DNA from: an uncultured Gemmatimonadales bacterium
GTDB taxonomy: Bacteria > Gemmatimonadota > Gemmatimonadetes > Longimicrobiales > RSA9
Reading direction: 5' to 3'
NCBI GenBank assembly: GCA_963798085.1
Contig: CAWCRS010000007.1
Span: 1,280,001 to 1,344,000 of the forward strand
DNA: 64,000 bases
The notes under the pieces are model-generated. The model was not told where the DNA came from, searched no databases, and saw only the letters and a list, made by a program, of their open reading frames with translations. A program made the translations under genes and the position numbers. This document shows positions 39,796-50,205 of this stretch, in pieces (the first letter of the stretch is position 1; every line of letters begins with the position of its first letter).

Positions 39796-40895
39796 ACGCG
39801 TTGCGCGGTCTGCTGGCCAAGGAGATGTACCACATCCTGCGCGACCGGCGTACGCTGGCCGTGGTCGTGCTCATGCCGGTGGTGCAGGTAGTACTGTTCG
39901 GCTTCGCCATCCGCACCGACGTGAAGGACATTCGCCTGGCCGTTGTGGATCCCTCGCCGGATCACGTGACGCTCGAGATCCGCAACCGGCTGGAAGCCAG
40001 CGAGGCGTTCCGCTCGGTCGCCGTGCTGCGCAACACCGGGACGCTCAACGAGCTGTTCGGCAGCGGCGAGGCACAGGAGGCCGTGGTATTCGAGCCGGAT
40101 TTCGCGACACGTCTGGCAAAGGGCCAGACCGCGCATGTGCAGATCATTGCGGACGCGACCGAGCCGAACACCGCCAGTACGCGGCAGAACTATGCGCTGT
40201 CCGTGATCCGCGACTACGAGCGCGAGATCAGCGGCGCAGCGGCGGGCGTGCAGATCGTGCCGCAGATGCGGATGCGCTTCGACCCCACCGCGGAGAGCTC
40301 GCACCTGTTCGTGCCCGGCCTCATGGCTTTCGTGCTCACGATCATTTCCGCGCTCATGACGGCGATCTCGCTGACGCGCGAGAAGGAGACGGGCACCATG
40401 GAGGCGCTGCTGGTGTCGCCGTTGCGGCCCTGGCAGATCATTGTGGGCAAGGTGCTGCCCTACCTCGCGATCGGCTTCGTGGGCGTACTGCTGGTAATCG
40501 CCGAGGCCAGGGTCGTGTTCGATGTGCCGCTGCGCGGCAGTCTGCTGCTGCTGCTGGGCGAAGGCCTGCTCTTCATCCTCGTCTCACTGGCGCTGGGGAT
40601 GATGATCTCGGCCCGCACATCGTCGCAGCGTGTGGCCATGATGGGCGCCATGATTGGCACCATGCTGCCGACAATGCTGCTCTCCGGGTTCATCTTCCCC
40701 ATCGAGAGCATGCCCGGGATCCTGCAGTGGATCTCGAACCTCATTCCGGCCCGATGGTTCGTCAGCGTGGCGCGCAGCATCATGCTGAAGGGCGTCGGTC
40801 TCGATCTGCTGTGGCCGCAGACGCTGATTCTCTGTGTCATGGCCTTCGTTCTCCTGGCAGTCAGCACACGGTCCTTCCACATCCGACTGGACTGA
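39792..40895 (+). CDS. ABC-2 type permease (YbhS-like)
   Basis: KE..HILRDRRTL, LFGFAI, FVPGL, REKETGTMEALLVSP, GK..PY, LLSGFIFPIESMP. Confidence 0.92.
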   Translation: MNALRGLLAKEMYHILRDRRTLAVVVLMPVVQVVLFGFAIRTDVKDIRLAVVDPSPDHVTLEIRNRLEASEAFRSVAVLRNTGTLNELFGSGEAQEAVVFEPDFATRLAKGQTAHVQIIADATEPNTASTRQNYALSVIRDYEREISGAAAGVQIVPQMRMRFDPTAESSHLFVPGLMAFVLTIISALMTAISLTREKETGTMEALLVSPLRPWQIIVGKVLPYLAIGFVGVLLVIAEARVVFDVPLRGSLLLLLGEGLLFILVSLALGMMISARTSSQRVAMMGAMIGTMLPTMLLSGFIFPIESMPGILQWISNLIPARWFVSVARSIMLKGVGLDLLWPQTLILCVMAFVLLAVSTRSFHIRLD

Positions 40896-40898
40896 AAA

Positions 40899-42050
40899 AT
40901 GAGACAGACTCTTGCACTGGCGTGGGCCGAAGTGCTCCACGTCGTTCGCGACAAGGCCACCATGGCGCAGGTCATGCTCGTGCCCGTGGTGCAGCTGCTG
41001 ATCCTGGCGAATGCCGCGACGTTCACGATCCGCGATACGCCGACCTACATCGTCGACCAGGATCACACGCAGGCATCACGCGGCCTGGTGCAGCGCTTCA
41101 CGGCGTCCGGCAACTTCCGCATCACGGGAGCATCGGGCTCGACCGACCTCGCGAATGAGGCGATGCTGCGCGATGAGGCCAGCCTGATCGTGGTCATACC
41201 GGCCGATTTCGAGTCGTCCCTGATGCGCACCGGGCAGGCGGGCGTGATGCTCTCCGTGAACGCAGAAAAGGGATCGGCCGCAGGCATTGTGCAGGCATAC
41301 TCGGCGGACATTCTCGCTGCCTATTCGCGCGAGCTGGGTGTCGAGCTGCGTCCCAGTCTGGCAACCGTGCGCGAGCCGGCCCGCATCGGGCCGCAAACCG
41401 GCACCGCGAGAATCGAAGGTCGCGTGCGCAGCTGGTACAACGCCACGCTCAACTACAAACACTACATGGTGCCGGGCATTCTGGTCTCACTCGTCACACT
41501 GATCGGCACCATGCTCTCGGCGCAGAATATTGCGCGGGAAAAAGAGCTGGGCACACTCGAGCAGCTCAATGTCACGCCCATCACGCGCGGCCAGTTCATC
41601 ACGGCCAAGCTGCTGCCCTTCTGGGCGCTGGCCATGATCGACCTGGGCATCGGCCTGGTGATCGGCAGGCTGGTCTTCGGCGTGCCCATGCGGGGCAGCC
41701 TGCTGCTGCTGTTCGGCGCCGCCGCCGTGTACCTCATTGTGGCACTCGGCATCGGCCTGCTCATCTCGACACGCGTGGAAACCCAGCAGCAGGCGATGTT
41801 CGTGACCTTCTTCATCATGATGATCTACCTGCTGATGAGCGGGCTGTTCACGCCCGTCGACAGCATGCCGCACTGGGTGCAGGTGGCAGCGGAGTTCAAC
41901 CCGGTGCGTCACTTCGTATCCATGGCGAGGGCCATCATGCTGAAGGGCGCAGGCCTGAGGGAGGTCATGCGGCCGCTGCTGATCCTCATCGGCTTCGCGG
42001 TCGCGACGTTCGGTCTGGCCGTTCAGCAGTATCAGAAGCGGACGGCGTAA
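40899..42050 (+). CDS. ABC-2 type permease (YbhR-like)
   Basis: YMVPGILV.LVT, AREKELGTLEQLNVTPI, KLLPFW, TQQQAMF, LMSGLFTPVDSMP.W, LKGAG. Confidence 0.92.
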   Translation: MRQTLALAWAEVLHVVRDKATMAQVMLVPVVQLLILANAATFTIRDTPTYIVDQDHTQASRGLVQRFTASGNFRITGASGSTDLANEAMLRDEASLIVVIPADFESSLMRTGQAGVMLSVNAEKGSAAGIVQAYSADILAAYSRELGVELRPSLATVREPARIGPQTGTARIEGRVRSWYNATLNYKHYMVPGILVSLVTLIGTMLSAQNIAREKELGTLEQLNVTPITRGQFITAKLLPFWALAMIDLGIGLVIGRLVFGVPMRGSLLLLFGAAAVYLIVALGIGLLISTRVETQQQAMFVTFFIMMIYLLMSGLFTPVDSMPHWVQVAAEFNPVRHFVSMARAIMLKGAGLREVMRPLLILIGFAVATFGLAVQQYQKRTA

Positions 42051-42083
42051 GCGGCGCGGCGCTGGACGAACATCGTCGCATAC

Positions 42084-42125
42084 AATGAAACAGGCGGTGG
42101 GGTGCTCCCACCGCCTGTTTTCATT
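42084..42125. terminator. Bidirectional intrinsic terminator after the ABC operon
   Basis: ATGAAACAGGCGGTGGG-gtgct-CCCACCGCCTGTTTTCAT: long stem with A-rich and T-rich flanks. Confidence 0.75.
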
Positions 42126-42393
42126 CATGGAAGCGGCGTGGGAAACGGGCCGGCCCGTCTCCGCCATGCGGCCGGCCCGCGAAGTGACGCCCCCTCCTGC
42201 CAGCCCCGCCATCCGGGCCCATGTCGCTCCCGCACCTCCGGCTGCGCCTTCCTCACTGTGAGCGCCTCGCGCTGTGCGGCGCAGGCGATCCCTCGATCGA
42301 ACACGCGAAGCAGGACTTGTCATGCGAACAGCAGTGTCACGCAACGGGCTGGCAGGATGTCACGCACATTCGGCGGACGCAGAGGAGGGTCAC

Positions 42394-44880
42394 ATGGACG
42401 GCAGTGGGCAGCTGCAGGGAGTGTCGCAACGCCGCGGGAAGGCATTGCGTCCCGCGCCGAACGGAATATGGAGCCGCGCTCTGCAGACGGGCTGCGCACT
42501 GCTGCTCAGCGCGGCGCTTGCGGGTGGCGTGGCGGCACAGCGACCCGCCCCGGAAGCGACCCGCGTGGGCGTGGTGCTGGACGGCGCATTGGAAACGACG
42601 CGCGCGGCGCTGGCCGCGTTCCGCGCGGAGATTGCGGCGTTCTTCGGCAATGATGCGCGTGTGTCGTTCGATTCGGCACAGGTTGCATACGCGGACTGGA
42701 CCGTGCGCGGCGTGCGTACTGCCGTCGACCGACTCTTCGCCGACCGCGCTGTCGACGTGGTGGTGGCGCTGGGCGCGCTCGGCTCGCACGAGCTGGCGCA
42801 TCGCACTGCGTTGCCCAAGCCCTCGATCGCCGCAGTCGTGATCGACGCGACGCTGCAGGGACTGCCGGCCCACGACGGTGCCAGCGGCGTTCACAACCTC
42901 ACCTACATTGATGCCGCGTACGCCACTGTGCGTACACTCGAGCAGTTCCGCAGCGTGGTGCCGTTCCGTTCACTGGCGGTGCTGGTCGAGCCGGGCCTGC
43001 CGGATGCGATTCCCGCGCTGGCCGCGCAGCTGAGGCAGCAGGCGTCGGCGCTCGGCTTTGCGGTCGACATCGTACCTGTCGCGCAGTCTGGCGTGAGCGC
43101 GCTGGCGCAGCTGCCGGCGTCCACCGATGCGGTTTACCTCGGCCCGCTTGATCGGCTCGCACCGGCCGGCTTCGACAGCCTGCTCGCGGCAGTGAAGGCG
43201 CGCCACCTGCCCACGTTCACGGTGCTCGGCCGCCAGGGCGTGGAGCGTGGCGCCCTGGCCGCGTTCGCGCCGCGCGATGAGCTGGAGCGCCGGGCGCGGC
43301 GCACCGCCGTCGACATCCAGCGCATTCGCGCAGGCGAAGATGCCGCCACGCTGCCCGTGGTCCTTGCCGCGATTCCCGAGCTGACCTTGAACATGGCCAC
43401 GGCGAGGACGATCGGTTTCGCGCCCGAGTGGCAGACGCTGATCGAAGCGGACCTCATCAATGAGCTGCCGCCCGCGCAGGGCCCGAGCTGGTCAGTCGCG
43501 AGCGCGGCGCGCGAAGCCATGCGCGTGCACAGCGATGTGCGCGCGGCGGAGCGTTACGTCGAAGCCGGCGGCGAGGAGAAGCGACGGGCGCGCTCGGCGC
43601 TGCTGCCGCAGGTCAACTTCTCCACGACGGGGACAATGGTGCGTGATGCTACGGCCGCCGCCAGCTTCGGCCAGCAGCCGGAGCGGCAGCTCACCGGGTC
43701 GCTCAACTTCTCGCAGGTGCTGATCTCCGACGATGCGTGGTCCGGCTACGCGATCGCGGGCCACCAGCAGGAAGGGCGCATCGCCGAGCTGCGGCGTACG
43801 GAAATGGACGTGGCGCTGGATGCGGCCACGGCCGGCCTCAGCGTGCTGCGCGCCCAGGCGCAGGCCCGCGTGCAGCGCGCCAACCTGCGGCGTACGCGCG
43901 CTAACCTCGAGTTGGCGAAGCTGCGCGAGATCACGGGCGCCGCCAGCCTGGCGGACGTCTACCGCTGGCAGAGCGAGCTGGCCACGGCCCGCAGCTCCGT
44001 GCTGCAGGCCGATGCACAGCTGCGCGTTGCCGAAGTCGGTCTGAACCGCATGCTCGAGCGTCCGCTCGAGGAGCCCTTCACCATTGCCGATGCAGTGCCG
44101 TCGGATTCGACGTTCCTGACCAGCGAGCCGCACATCTTCGACTACCTCGGCAATCCGGAGACCTTCCGTGTGTTCCGCGAGTTCATGGTGGGCGAAGCCG
44201 TGGCCGCTTCACCCGAGCTGCGCCAGCTGGACGCGTCGATCGCTGCGCAGCGCCGCTCGCTCCGCTCGGCATCGCGCTCGCTCTGGTGGCCCACGCTCAG
44301 CCTGCAGGCCGCCATGAGCAGCCAGTTCGCGCGCGGCGGCGCCGGCAGCACCGGCCCGCAGCTGCCCACGAACCTGGGCGGCATTTCCGCCGCGCCCGAC
44401 GAAACCTGGAGCATTCGTTTCCAGCTCTCGCGCCCCGTGTTCACCGGGATGGAGCGCGAGGCCGCCAAAGCCGAGGCCAGCCTCGAGCTGGAACGACTCA
44501 ACCTCATGCGCACATTGCTGCAGCACTCGATCGACCAGCAGATGCTGGATGCGCTGCACGTCGCGAGTGCGTCATGGGCCGGCATCCGCCAGGCGCAGGA
44601 GGCCGCGGAAGCCGCGCGCAACAATCTCGACCTGGTCACCGATGCCTATGCCCGTGGCACCGTCGCCGTGATCAGCCTCATCGATGCACAACAGGCCGCA
44701 CTCAACGCGGATCAGCGCGCGGCTGATGCGACTTACGCATTCCTCGTCGATCTCATGCGTGTCGAGCGCGCGGGCGGCGAGTTCCACTTCTTCCGCTCGC
44801 CCGAGGCGAAAGCGGATCTGTTCAAGCGTCTCGATGCATTCTTTCGCGCCGCGGGCGTGACGCCCGGCCTGGCGCGCTGA
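42394..44880 (+). CDS. Fusion of an ABC-type substrate-binding-like domain and a TolC-family channel
   Basis: ATG 42394 after SD GAGGAGG; signal peptide ..LLLSAALAGGVAA-Q. The N-part has VGVVLDG, VDVVVALG, TDAVYLGPL, LPTF...G..GVERGALA, LTLNMATARTIG (ABC_sub_bind-like). The C-part has OEP repeats (ARSALLPQV, LNFSQ.L, DVYRWQSELA, WPTLSL, YARG....ISLIDAQ). One uninterrupted frame. Confidence 0.8.
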   Translation: MDGSGQLQGVSQRRGKALRPAPNGIWSRALQTGCALLLSAALAGGVAAQRPAPEATRVGVVLDGALETTRAALAAFRAEIAAFFGNDARVSFDSAQVAYADWTVRGVRTAVDRLFADRAVDVVVALGALGSHELAHRTALPKPSIAAVVIDATLQGLPAHDGASGVHNLTYIDAAYATVRTLEQFRSVVPFRSLAVLVEPGLPDAIPALAAQLRQQASALGFAVDIVPVAQSGVSALAQLPASTDAVYLGPLDRLAPAGFDSLLAAVKARHLPTFTVLGRQGVERGALAAFAPRDELERRARRTAVDIQRIRAGEDAATLPVVLAAIPELTLNMATARTIGFAPEWQTLIEADLINELPPAQGPSWSVASAAREAMRVHSDVRAAERYVEAGGEEKRRARSALLPQVNFSTTGTMVRDATAAASFGQQPERQLTGSLNFSQVLISDDAWSGYAIAGHQQEGRIAELRRTEMDVALDAATAGLSVLRAQAQARVQRANLRRTRANLELAKLREITGAASLADVYRWQSELATARSSVLQADAQLRVAEVGLNRMLERPLEEPFTIADAVPSDSTFLTSEPHIFDYLGNPETFRVFREFMVGEAVAASPELRQLDASIAAQRRSLRSASRSLWWPTLSLQAAMSSQFARGGAGSTGPQLPTNLGGISAAPDETWSIRFQLSRPVFTGMEREAAKAEASLELERLNLMRTLLQHSIDQQMLDALHVASASWAGIRQAQEAAEAARNNLDLVTDAYARGTVAVISLIDAQQAALNADQRAADATYAFLVDLMRVERAGGEFHFFRSPEAKADLFKRLDAFFRAAGVTPGLAR

Positions 44881-44907
44881 CACTGACGATTCCGACTGGA
44901 GGTTCCT

Positions 44908-45975
44908 GTGCGATCCATTCGTGTCGTGCTCGCAGCCACCGTGGCAGGCGCATGCGCCTCCTCGGAGCCGCCGGCACACGAGCCCATCCCGGTGACCACG
45001 TACGCGGTTGCCGGTCAGACGGCGGGCGGCCGTATCCGGTACTCCGCCAGCATCAAGCCCGACGTGCAGGTCGACATCTCGTTCCGTGTCGCCGGCTACG
45101 TCGAAAGCATCCTGCAGCTGAACGGCGCCGATGGACGTGCGCGCAATGTGCAGGACGGTGACTTCGTGCCTGCCGGTACGGTGCTCGCCCGGCTGCGCAC
45201 CACCGAGTATCACGACCAGGTGGCGGAGGCGGAAGCCAGCCTCAATCAGGCGAAGGCGGACTTCAATCGCGTTTCGCTGCTGTTCGAGAATCGCTCCGCC
45301 GCACGCGCCGACTATGATGCTGCCGCTTCGCGCGTGGCTTCCTCGCAGGCGAGATACGATCAGGCCGCGATCGCGCTGAGTGATGCATCCCTGCGCGCGC
45401 CCATGGCCGGCACGGTGCTGCGCCGCAGCATTGAAGTGGGCTCGCTGGTCGCGGCGGGCTCGCCCGGATTCCAGCTGGCGGACACACGTCAGGTGAAAGC
45501 CGTGTTCGGCGTGTCCGATATTCTCGTTGCCGGGCTGCGCCTCGGCAGTGCGCAGGACATCACCACGGAAGCGGTACCGGGCGTCGTATTCCACGGCCGC
45601 ATCACGCGCGTTTCGCCCGCGGCCGATCCCGGCAGTCGCATCTTCGAAGCCGAAGTCACCATTCCCAATCCCGACAGCCGCCTGAAGCCGGGCATGATCG
45701 CGGCCATCGAGATCGCATTGTCGGACAGACTCGCTCCCACGATCACACTCCCGCTCAACGCCATTGTACGGCCGCCCGGGGAAACAGCGGGTTATGCCGT
45801 CTACGTCGTCGAGGGCGAAGGCGAGCACGGTGTGGCGCGACTGCGTCGCGTCTGCCTGGGCACAGTAACCGGCAACATGATCGGCATCACATCCGGCCTG
45901 ACCGGCGGCGAACGCGTGATCGTGCGCGGCGCCACCCTGGTTGCCGATGCGCAGGCCGTCCGCGTCATTCCCTGA
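44908..45975 (+). CDS. RND efflux periplasmic adaptor subunit
   Basis: Lipobox AGAC, DISFRVAGYV..I, V..GD.V..G.VLARL, LRAP..G.V....EVG.LV, G.IT.VSPAADP.SR.F, LKPGMIA, GL..GE.V.V.G. Confidence 0.9.
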   Translation: MRSIRVVLAATVAGACASSEPPAHEPIPVTTYAVAGQTAGGRIRYSASIKPDVQVDISFRVAGYVESILQLNGADGRARNVQDGDFVPAGTVLARLRTTEYHDQVAEAEASLNQAKADFNRVSLLFENRSAARADYDAAASRVASSQARYDQAAIALSDASLRAPMAGTVLRRSIEVGSLVAAGSPGFQLADTRQVKAVFGVSDILVAGLRLGSAQDITTEAVPGVVFHGRITRVSPAADPGSRIFEAEVTIPNPDSRLKPGMIAAIEIALSDRLAPTITLPLNAIVRPPGETAGYAVYVVEGEGEHGVARLRRVCLGTVTGNMIGITSGLTGGERVIVRGATLVADAQAVRVIP

Positions 45976-46002
45976 CCTTGAACGAGAACGGAGACCCGTC
46001 CC

Positions 46003-49000
46003 ATGTCACATCGCACGGACGAGTGGCTGATAGCCAACAAGCACAACACGGCGAGGTTCTTCACGGAGAACCGCCACATTTCATGGGTGGTCCTGGTGAT
46101 CATCCTCGGCTGGGGTCTCGCAGGCTACCTGCGCATGCCCCAGCGCAAGGATCCCGATATCCCGGTCAAGGTGGCACTGGCAATGGTGCGCTGGCCGGGC
46201 GTGCAGGCCGAGCAGGTCGAAGAGCTGGTGACCCGCCGCGTCGAGGAAGTCATTGCCGAGAACGTCAATGTCGACGTCGTGTGGTCGACGACACGCGTGG
46301 GGGCCGCCTTCGTTTACGTGCAGCTGAAGGAAGAGGTCGAGGACCCCGCCAAGCCGTTCGACGACATCATGCTGCGGCTCAATGCGATCCACGATCTGCC
46401 GCCCGGCGCCGGCCCGATCACCTTCATCAAGGACTTCGGCGCGACGTCGGCACTGATGCTGACCGTGGCCAGCCCACGCGTCGGCGAAGCGCAGATCGGT
46501 GTGCGTGCGGATGCCATCGCGGCGTCGCTGCGCGAGCTGCGCGCATCCCTGCGCGGCAGGCGCGCGAACCGCGCGGCCATCGTTTTCAACGTGCCCGCAT
46601 CCTCCACCAGCGCGGCGCTGCGCCGGCCCGCGGAAATGTTCGCGGCCGCCGCCACCAGTGACGGCGCACTGCAGGACGCACGCGTGGCCGAAGGCGCGGG
46701 TTTCGTGATCGTCGACGGCGTCACCGATGAATCCGACGCGGCCCTCGTCGCCTACGCGCAGAGCTTCCTCGAGCTGCGCCTGCGCGCCGCCGACATCCAC
46801 CCCGATGCCTGGCCGCCGGCCGTGGTGCACGACCCCGCGGACGCCTGGGCGGCGCTGCAGGCCACGGCCGGCGACAAGTACAGCTACCGCGAGATGGAGG
46901 CGTACACGGACCTGATCCGGCGCACGCTGCAGACCCTGCCCATTGTCACCAAGATCAGCCGCGACGGGCTGCTCGACGAAGAGATAACACTGTCTTACTC
47001 ACAGGAGCGGCTGGCTTCGTACGGCGTCAAGGTGGGCGGCCTGGGCAATGTGCTGAAGGCGAGGAACACGCCGGCGGCCGGTGGGCTGATCGACATTGGG
47101 GGCAAGTCGCTGGCCATTACGCCCACCGGCGAGTTTCAGCTCGGAACGGCGAGATCGGCGGTGTGATCATGGGCGCGTCCCGCTCCGGCACGCCGCTCTA
47201 CCTGCGCGACCTGGTCGAGGTGCAGCGCAGCTACACCTCGCCCGCCCGCCTGCTCAACTACTACACATGGCAGGACAGCACCGGCCACTGGCAGCGCAAT
47301 CGCGCGATCACACTGGGCGTGCAGATGCGCTCGGGCGCCAAGATCGGCGAGTTCGGCGCACAGGTTGACTCCGCGCTGCATGTGCTGCGCGCTCGCCTGC
47401 CCGAGGACCTGATCTTCGCGCGCACGTCGGACCAGCCCGTGCAGGTGAAGGAAAGCGTCGACCTGTTCATGGACAGCCTGATCGAAGCCATCGTCCTGGT
47501 CGTCATTGTCGCGCTCGTCGGCTTCATGGAGTGGCGCTCGGCCCTGCTCATGGCGCTCTCCATTCCGCTCACACTGGCGATGACGTTCGCGCATGATGTC
47601 GATGCTCGGACTCGACCTGCAGTCCGGTCCATCGCCTCGCTGATTCTCGCGCTGGGTCTGCTCGTGGACGATCCGGTCGTCGCCGGTGACGCCATCAAGC
47701 GCGACCTGGCCGCCGGACAGAAGCGCATCCACGCGGCGTGGATCGGGCCGACGCGACTGGCCACGGCCATCCTGTTCGCGACCGTGACCAACATCGTCGC
47801 CTACATTCCGTTCCTGCTGCTGCACGGCGATACCGGCCGCTTCATCTTCACGCTGCCTGTGGTGCTGACCAGCGCGCTGGTGGCTTCGCGCATTGTCTCG
47901 ATGACCTTCATTCCGCTGCTCGGCTATCACCTGCTGCGGCCGCGGCGGACACCGGAGCGCAGCATCGAGGAGCGGCGCACGCGCGGGTTCACGGGCGCGT
48001 ACTGCCGCGTCGCCACGTGGGCCATCCAGCACCGCTGGTACGTGTTCGCCGGCTCGCTTGTCGTGCTGCTCGCGGGCGGCGTGATCGGCCGGCAGCTGCG
48101 CCAGCAGTTCTTCCCGAAAGACCTGGCCGCGCTCTCGACGGTCGACATCTGGCTGCCGGAAGACGCAGCCATCTCGGCCACGCGCCAGCGCCGCGGAGGA
48201 AACCGAAGCCGTGGTGCGCGACGTCGCCGAACAGCTGTCACAGCACCACGGCAAGGCGCGGGAAGCCGCGGCCCGTGCTGCGCTCCATCACCACGTTCGT
48301 GGGCGGCGGCGGGCCGCGCTTCTGGTTCTCGAACAACCCCGAGCCGCAGCAGTCGAACTACGCGTTGCTGATCGTCGAAGTGCGGGACAAGCACGACACC
48401 GCCGCACCTGGTGGAGGCGCTGCAGCTCGCCGTCACGCGCGCGCGTGCATGGGCGCTCGCGTCGATGTGAGACAGCTGGAAAGCGGCGTGGCCGTGGGTC
48501 AGCCCGTGGCCGTGCGCATCTCGGGTGACGACATGGCGACACTGCGCGCGCAGGCCGAACGTCTGAAGTCCGTGTTCCGCGGCATTCCCGATCGCCGAGC
48601 GCGTACAGGATGACTGGGGCGCGGACGCCCTTGCCGTTCAGCTGAGCGTGGATCCCGACCGCGCCAACCTGGCCGGCCTGACCAACGCCGATGTGGCGGT
48701 CTCGACGTCGGTCGCGCTGAACGGCTACAACGTCGGCTCGCTGCGCGAAGGCGACAAGCAGATCCCGATCGTCACCCGCCTGCGCACGGAGGAGCGCGCG
48801 CAGCTGGCCGATCTGCAGAACCTCTACGTATTCTCCGTCGCAGAACGAACGCGTGCTGCCGCTGCGCCAGATCGCGTCGCTCGCCTACGGCATGCACCCG
48901 GCCAAGATCAACCGGCGGACACAGTTCCGCACCATCACAGTCGGCTGTTTTCCGATCGCGCGGGCCATCTGCCGTCGGAGGTCATCGAGCGGCCATGCCG

Positions 49001-49604
49001 CAGATCCAGCCGCTGGCCCGCGAGCTGCCGCCCGGCTTCAAGCTCGAGGTCGGCGGCGAATACAAGGAGCAGCTGAAGAGCAACCACAAGATGTCGTTCG
49101 TGATGGGCGTCTCCGTTCTCGCCATCTTCGTCGCGCTCGTCGTGCAGTTCCGCAACGCCGTCAAGCCGCTGCTCGTGTTCGGCGCGATTCCCTACGGCGT
49201 CGTGGGCGCACTCGTCGGCGCTCTGGGTGATGGGCGCGCCGTTCGGCTTCATGGCCTTCCTGGGCGTGGCCAGCCTGGTGGGCGTGATCGTGAGCCACGT
49301 GATCGTGCTCTTCGACTTCATCGAGGAAGCACGCGAGCAGGGCGAGCCGCTGAGCGAGGCGCTGCTCGATGCCGGTATCCTGCGCCTGCGCCCGGTGCAT
49401 GATCACGGTGGGCGCCACTGTGCTCGCCCTGATCCCGCTGTCGCTGCACGGCGGCCCGCTTCTGGCAGCCGCTGTGCTACGCCCAGATCGGCGGCCTGAC
49501 CTTCGCCACCTTCGTCACGCTGCTGCTGGTGCCCGGTGCTGTACGCGATCTTCGTGCTCGACCTCAAGATCGTGAAGTGGGAGACCACCACGACACACGA
49601 GTAG
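46003..49604 (+). CDS. RND efflux permease (AcrB/AcrD/AcrF family), broken by several indels
   Basis: MPQRKDPDIP, WPG..AEQVEELVTR.VEE, DFG, SIPLTLA, LGLLVDDPVV.GD, ATVTNI.A.IP, QQFFP, FVGGGGPRF, RVDVRQLE.G, GAIPYG..GA, FMAFLG..SL.G.IV, LRLRP..ITV, IGGL..ATF.TL..VP..Y; stop TAG 49602-49604. Confidence 0.88.
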
Positions 49605-49616
49605 TCCGCTTCATCC

Positions 49617-49644
49617 GGGCCAGGGCGGGAGACCGCCCTGGCCC
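49617..49644 (+). terminator. GC-rich hairpin after the RND gene (terminator-like)
   Basis: GGGCCAGGGCGG-GAGA-CCGCCCTGGCCC: perfect 12-bp stem with a GNRA loop, but no U-tract. Confidence 0.5.
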
Positions 49645-49684
49645 ATCGTCAGTCACCCGCGCTGGCTTTATCTTCTTTCCGAAA

Positions 49685-49868
49685 TGCGTTGCTTGGGCAC
49701 GGGCTGGGCCTGGGCTGGGGACTCACGTCTGGTCCGAGTGCGTCGCACATCGGGAGCGCGGTGTCCGTCCGCGATCCGTGCGGGCTATCCGAGCAGCCTG
49801 GAGCAGAATCGAGCGACGCAATCATGCGGTGACGTGAGTTCCCAGCCCCAGCCCGAGCCCCAGAAACG
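49685..49868. repeat. ~185-bp palindromic element of the same family as 35348-35775
   Basis: Arms GGGCTGGGGACTCACGTC (49712-49729) / GACGTGAGTTCCCAGCCC (49831-49848), one mismatch. GTGAGTTCCCAGCCCC..CCCCAGAAACG is shared with 35689-35712. Inner inverted repeat TGCGTCGC / GCGACGCA. Confidence 0.72.
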
Positions 49869-49887
49869 GAGTCAAACAGAGAACGCA

Positions 49888-50205
49888 ATGCCAGTCACAC
49901 GGGACAACGTCCTCGAAATCGCCGTTCTGGCCCGCCTCGATCTCTCCCCGGGCGAGATCGAGCGCTTCACGCAGCAGCTGGATGCGATCCTCGAGCACGT
50001 CGCGGAACTGCAGCGCGTGCCGGCTGCGGCGACAGCAGAAACGGAGCGTACAGGCGACCAAACTCGACTGCGCGACGACGCACCGCCGGCGGATGCGCTG
50101 CAGCGGCCGCCTGCGGCCTTCGCTCCGGGGTTCCTCGACGGTTTCTTCACCGTGCCGCGACTGGCCGGGCTCGATGCCGACGCGGATGGCGGGGCCGACG
50201 CCTGA
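49888..50205 (+). CDS. gatC: Asp/Glu-tRNA amidotransferase subunit C
   Basis: [16 protein letters not shown]...EIE....QLDAIL.HV.EL..LRDD..AP...DGFFTVP; precedes gatA. Confidence 0.9.
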   Translation: MPVTRDNVLEIAVLARLDLSPGEIERFTQQLDAILEHVAELQRVPAAATAETERTGDQTRLRDDAPPADALQRPPAAFAPGFLDGFFTVPRLAGLDADADGGADA

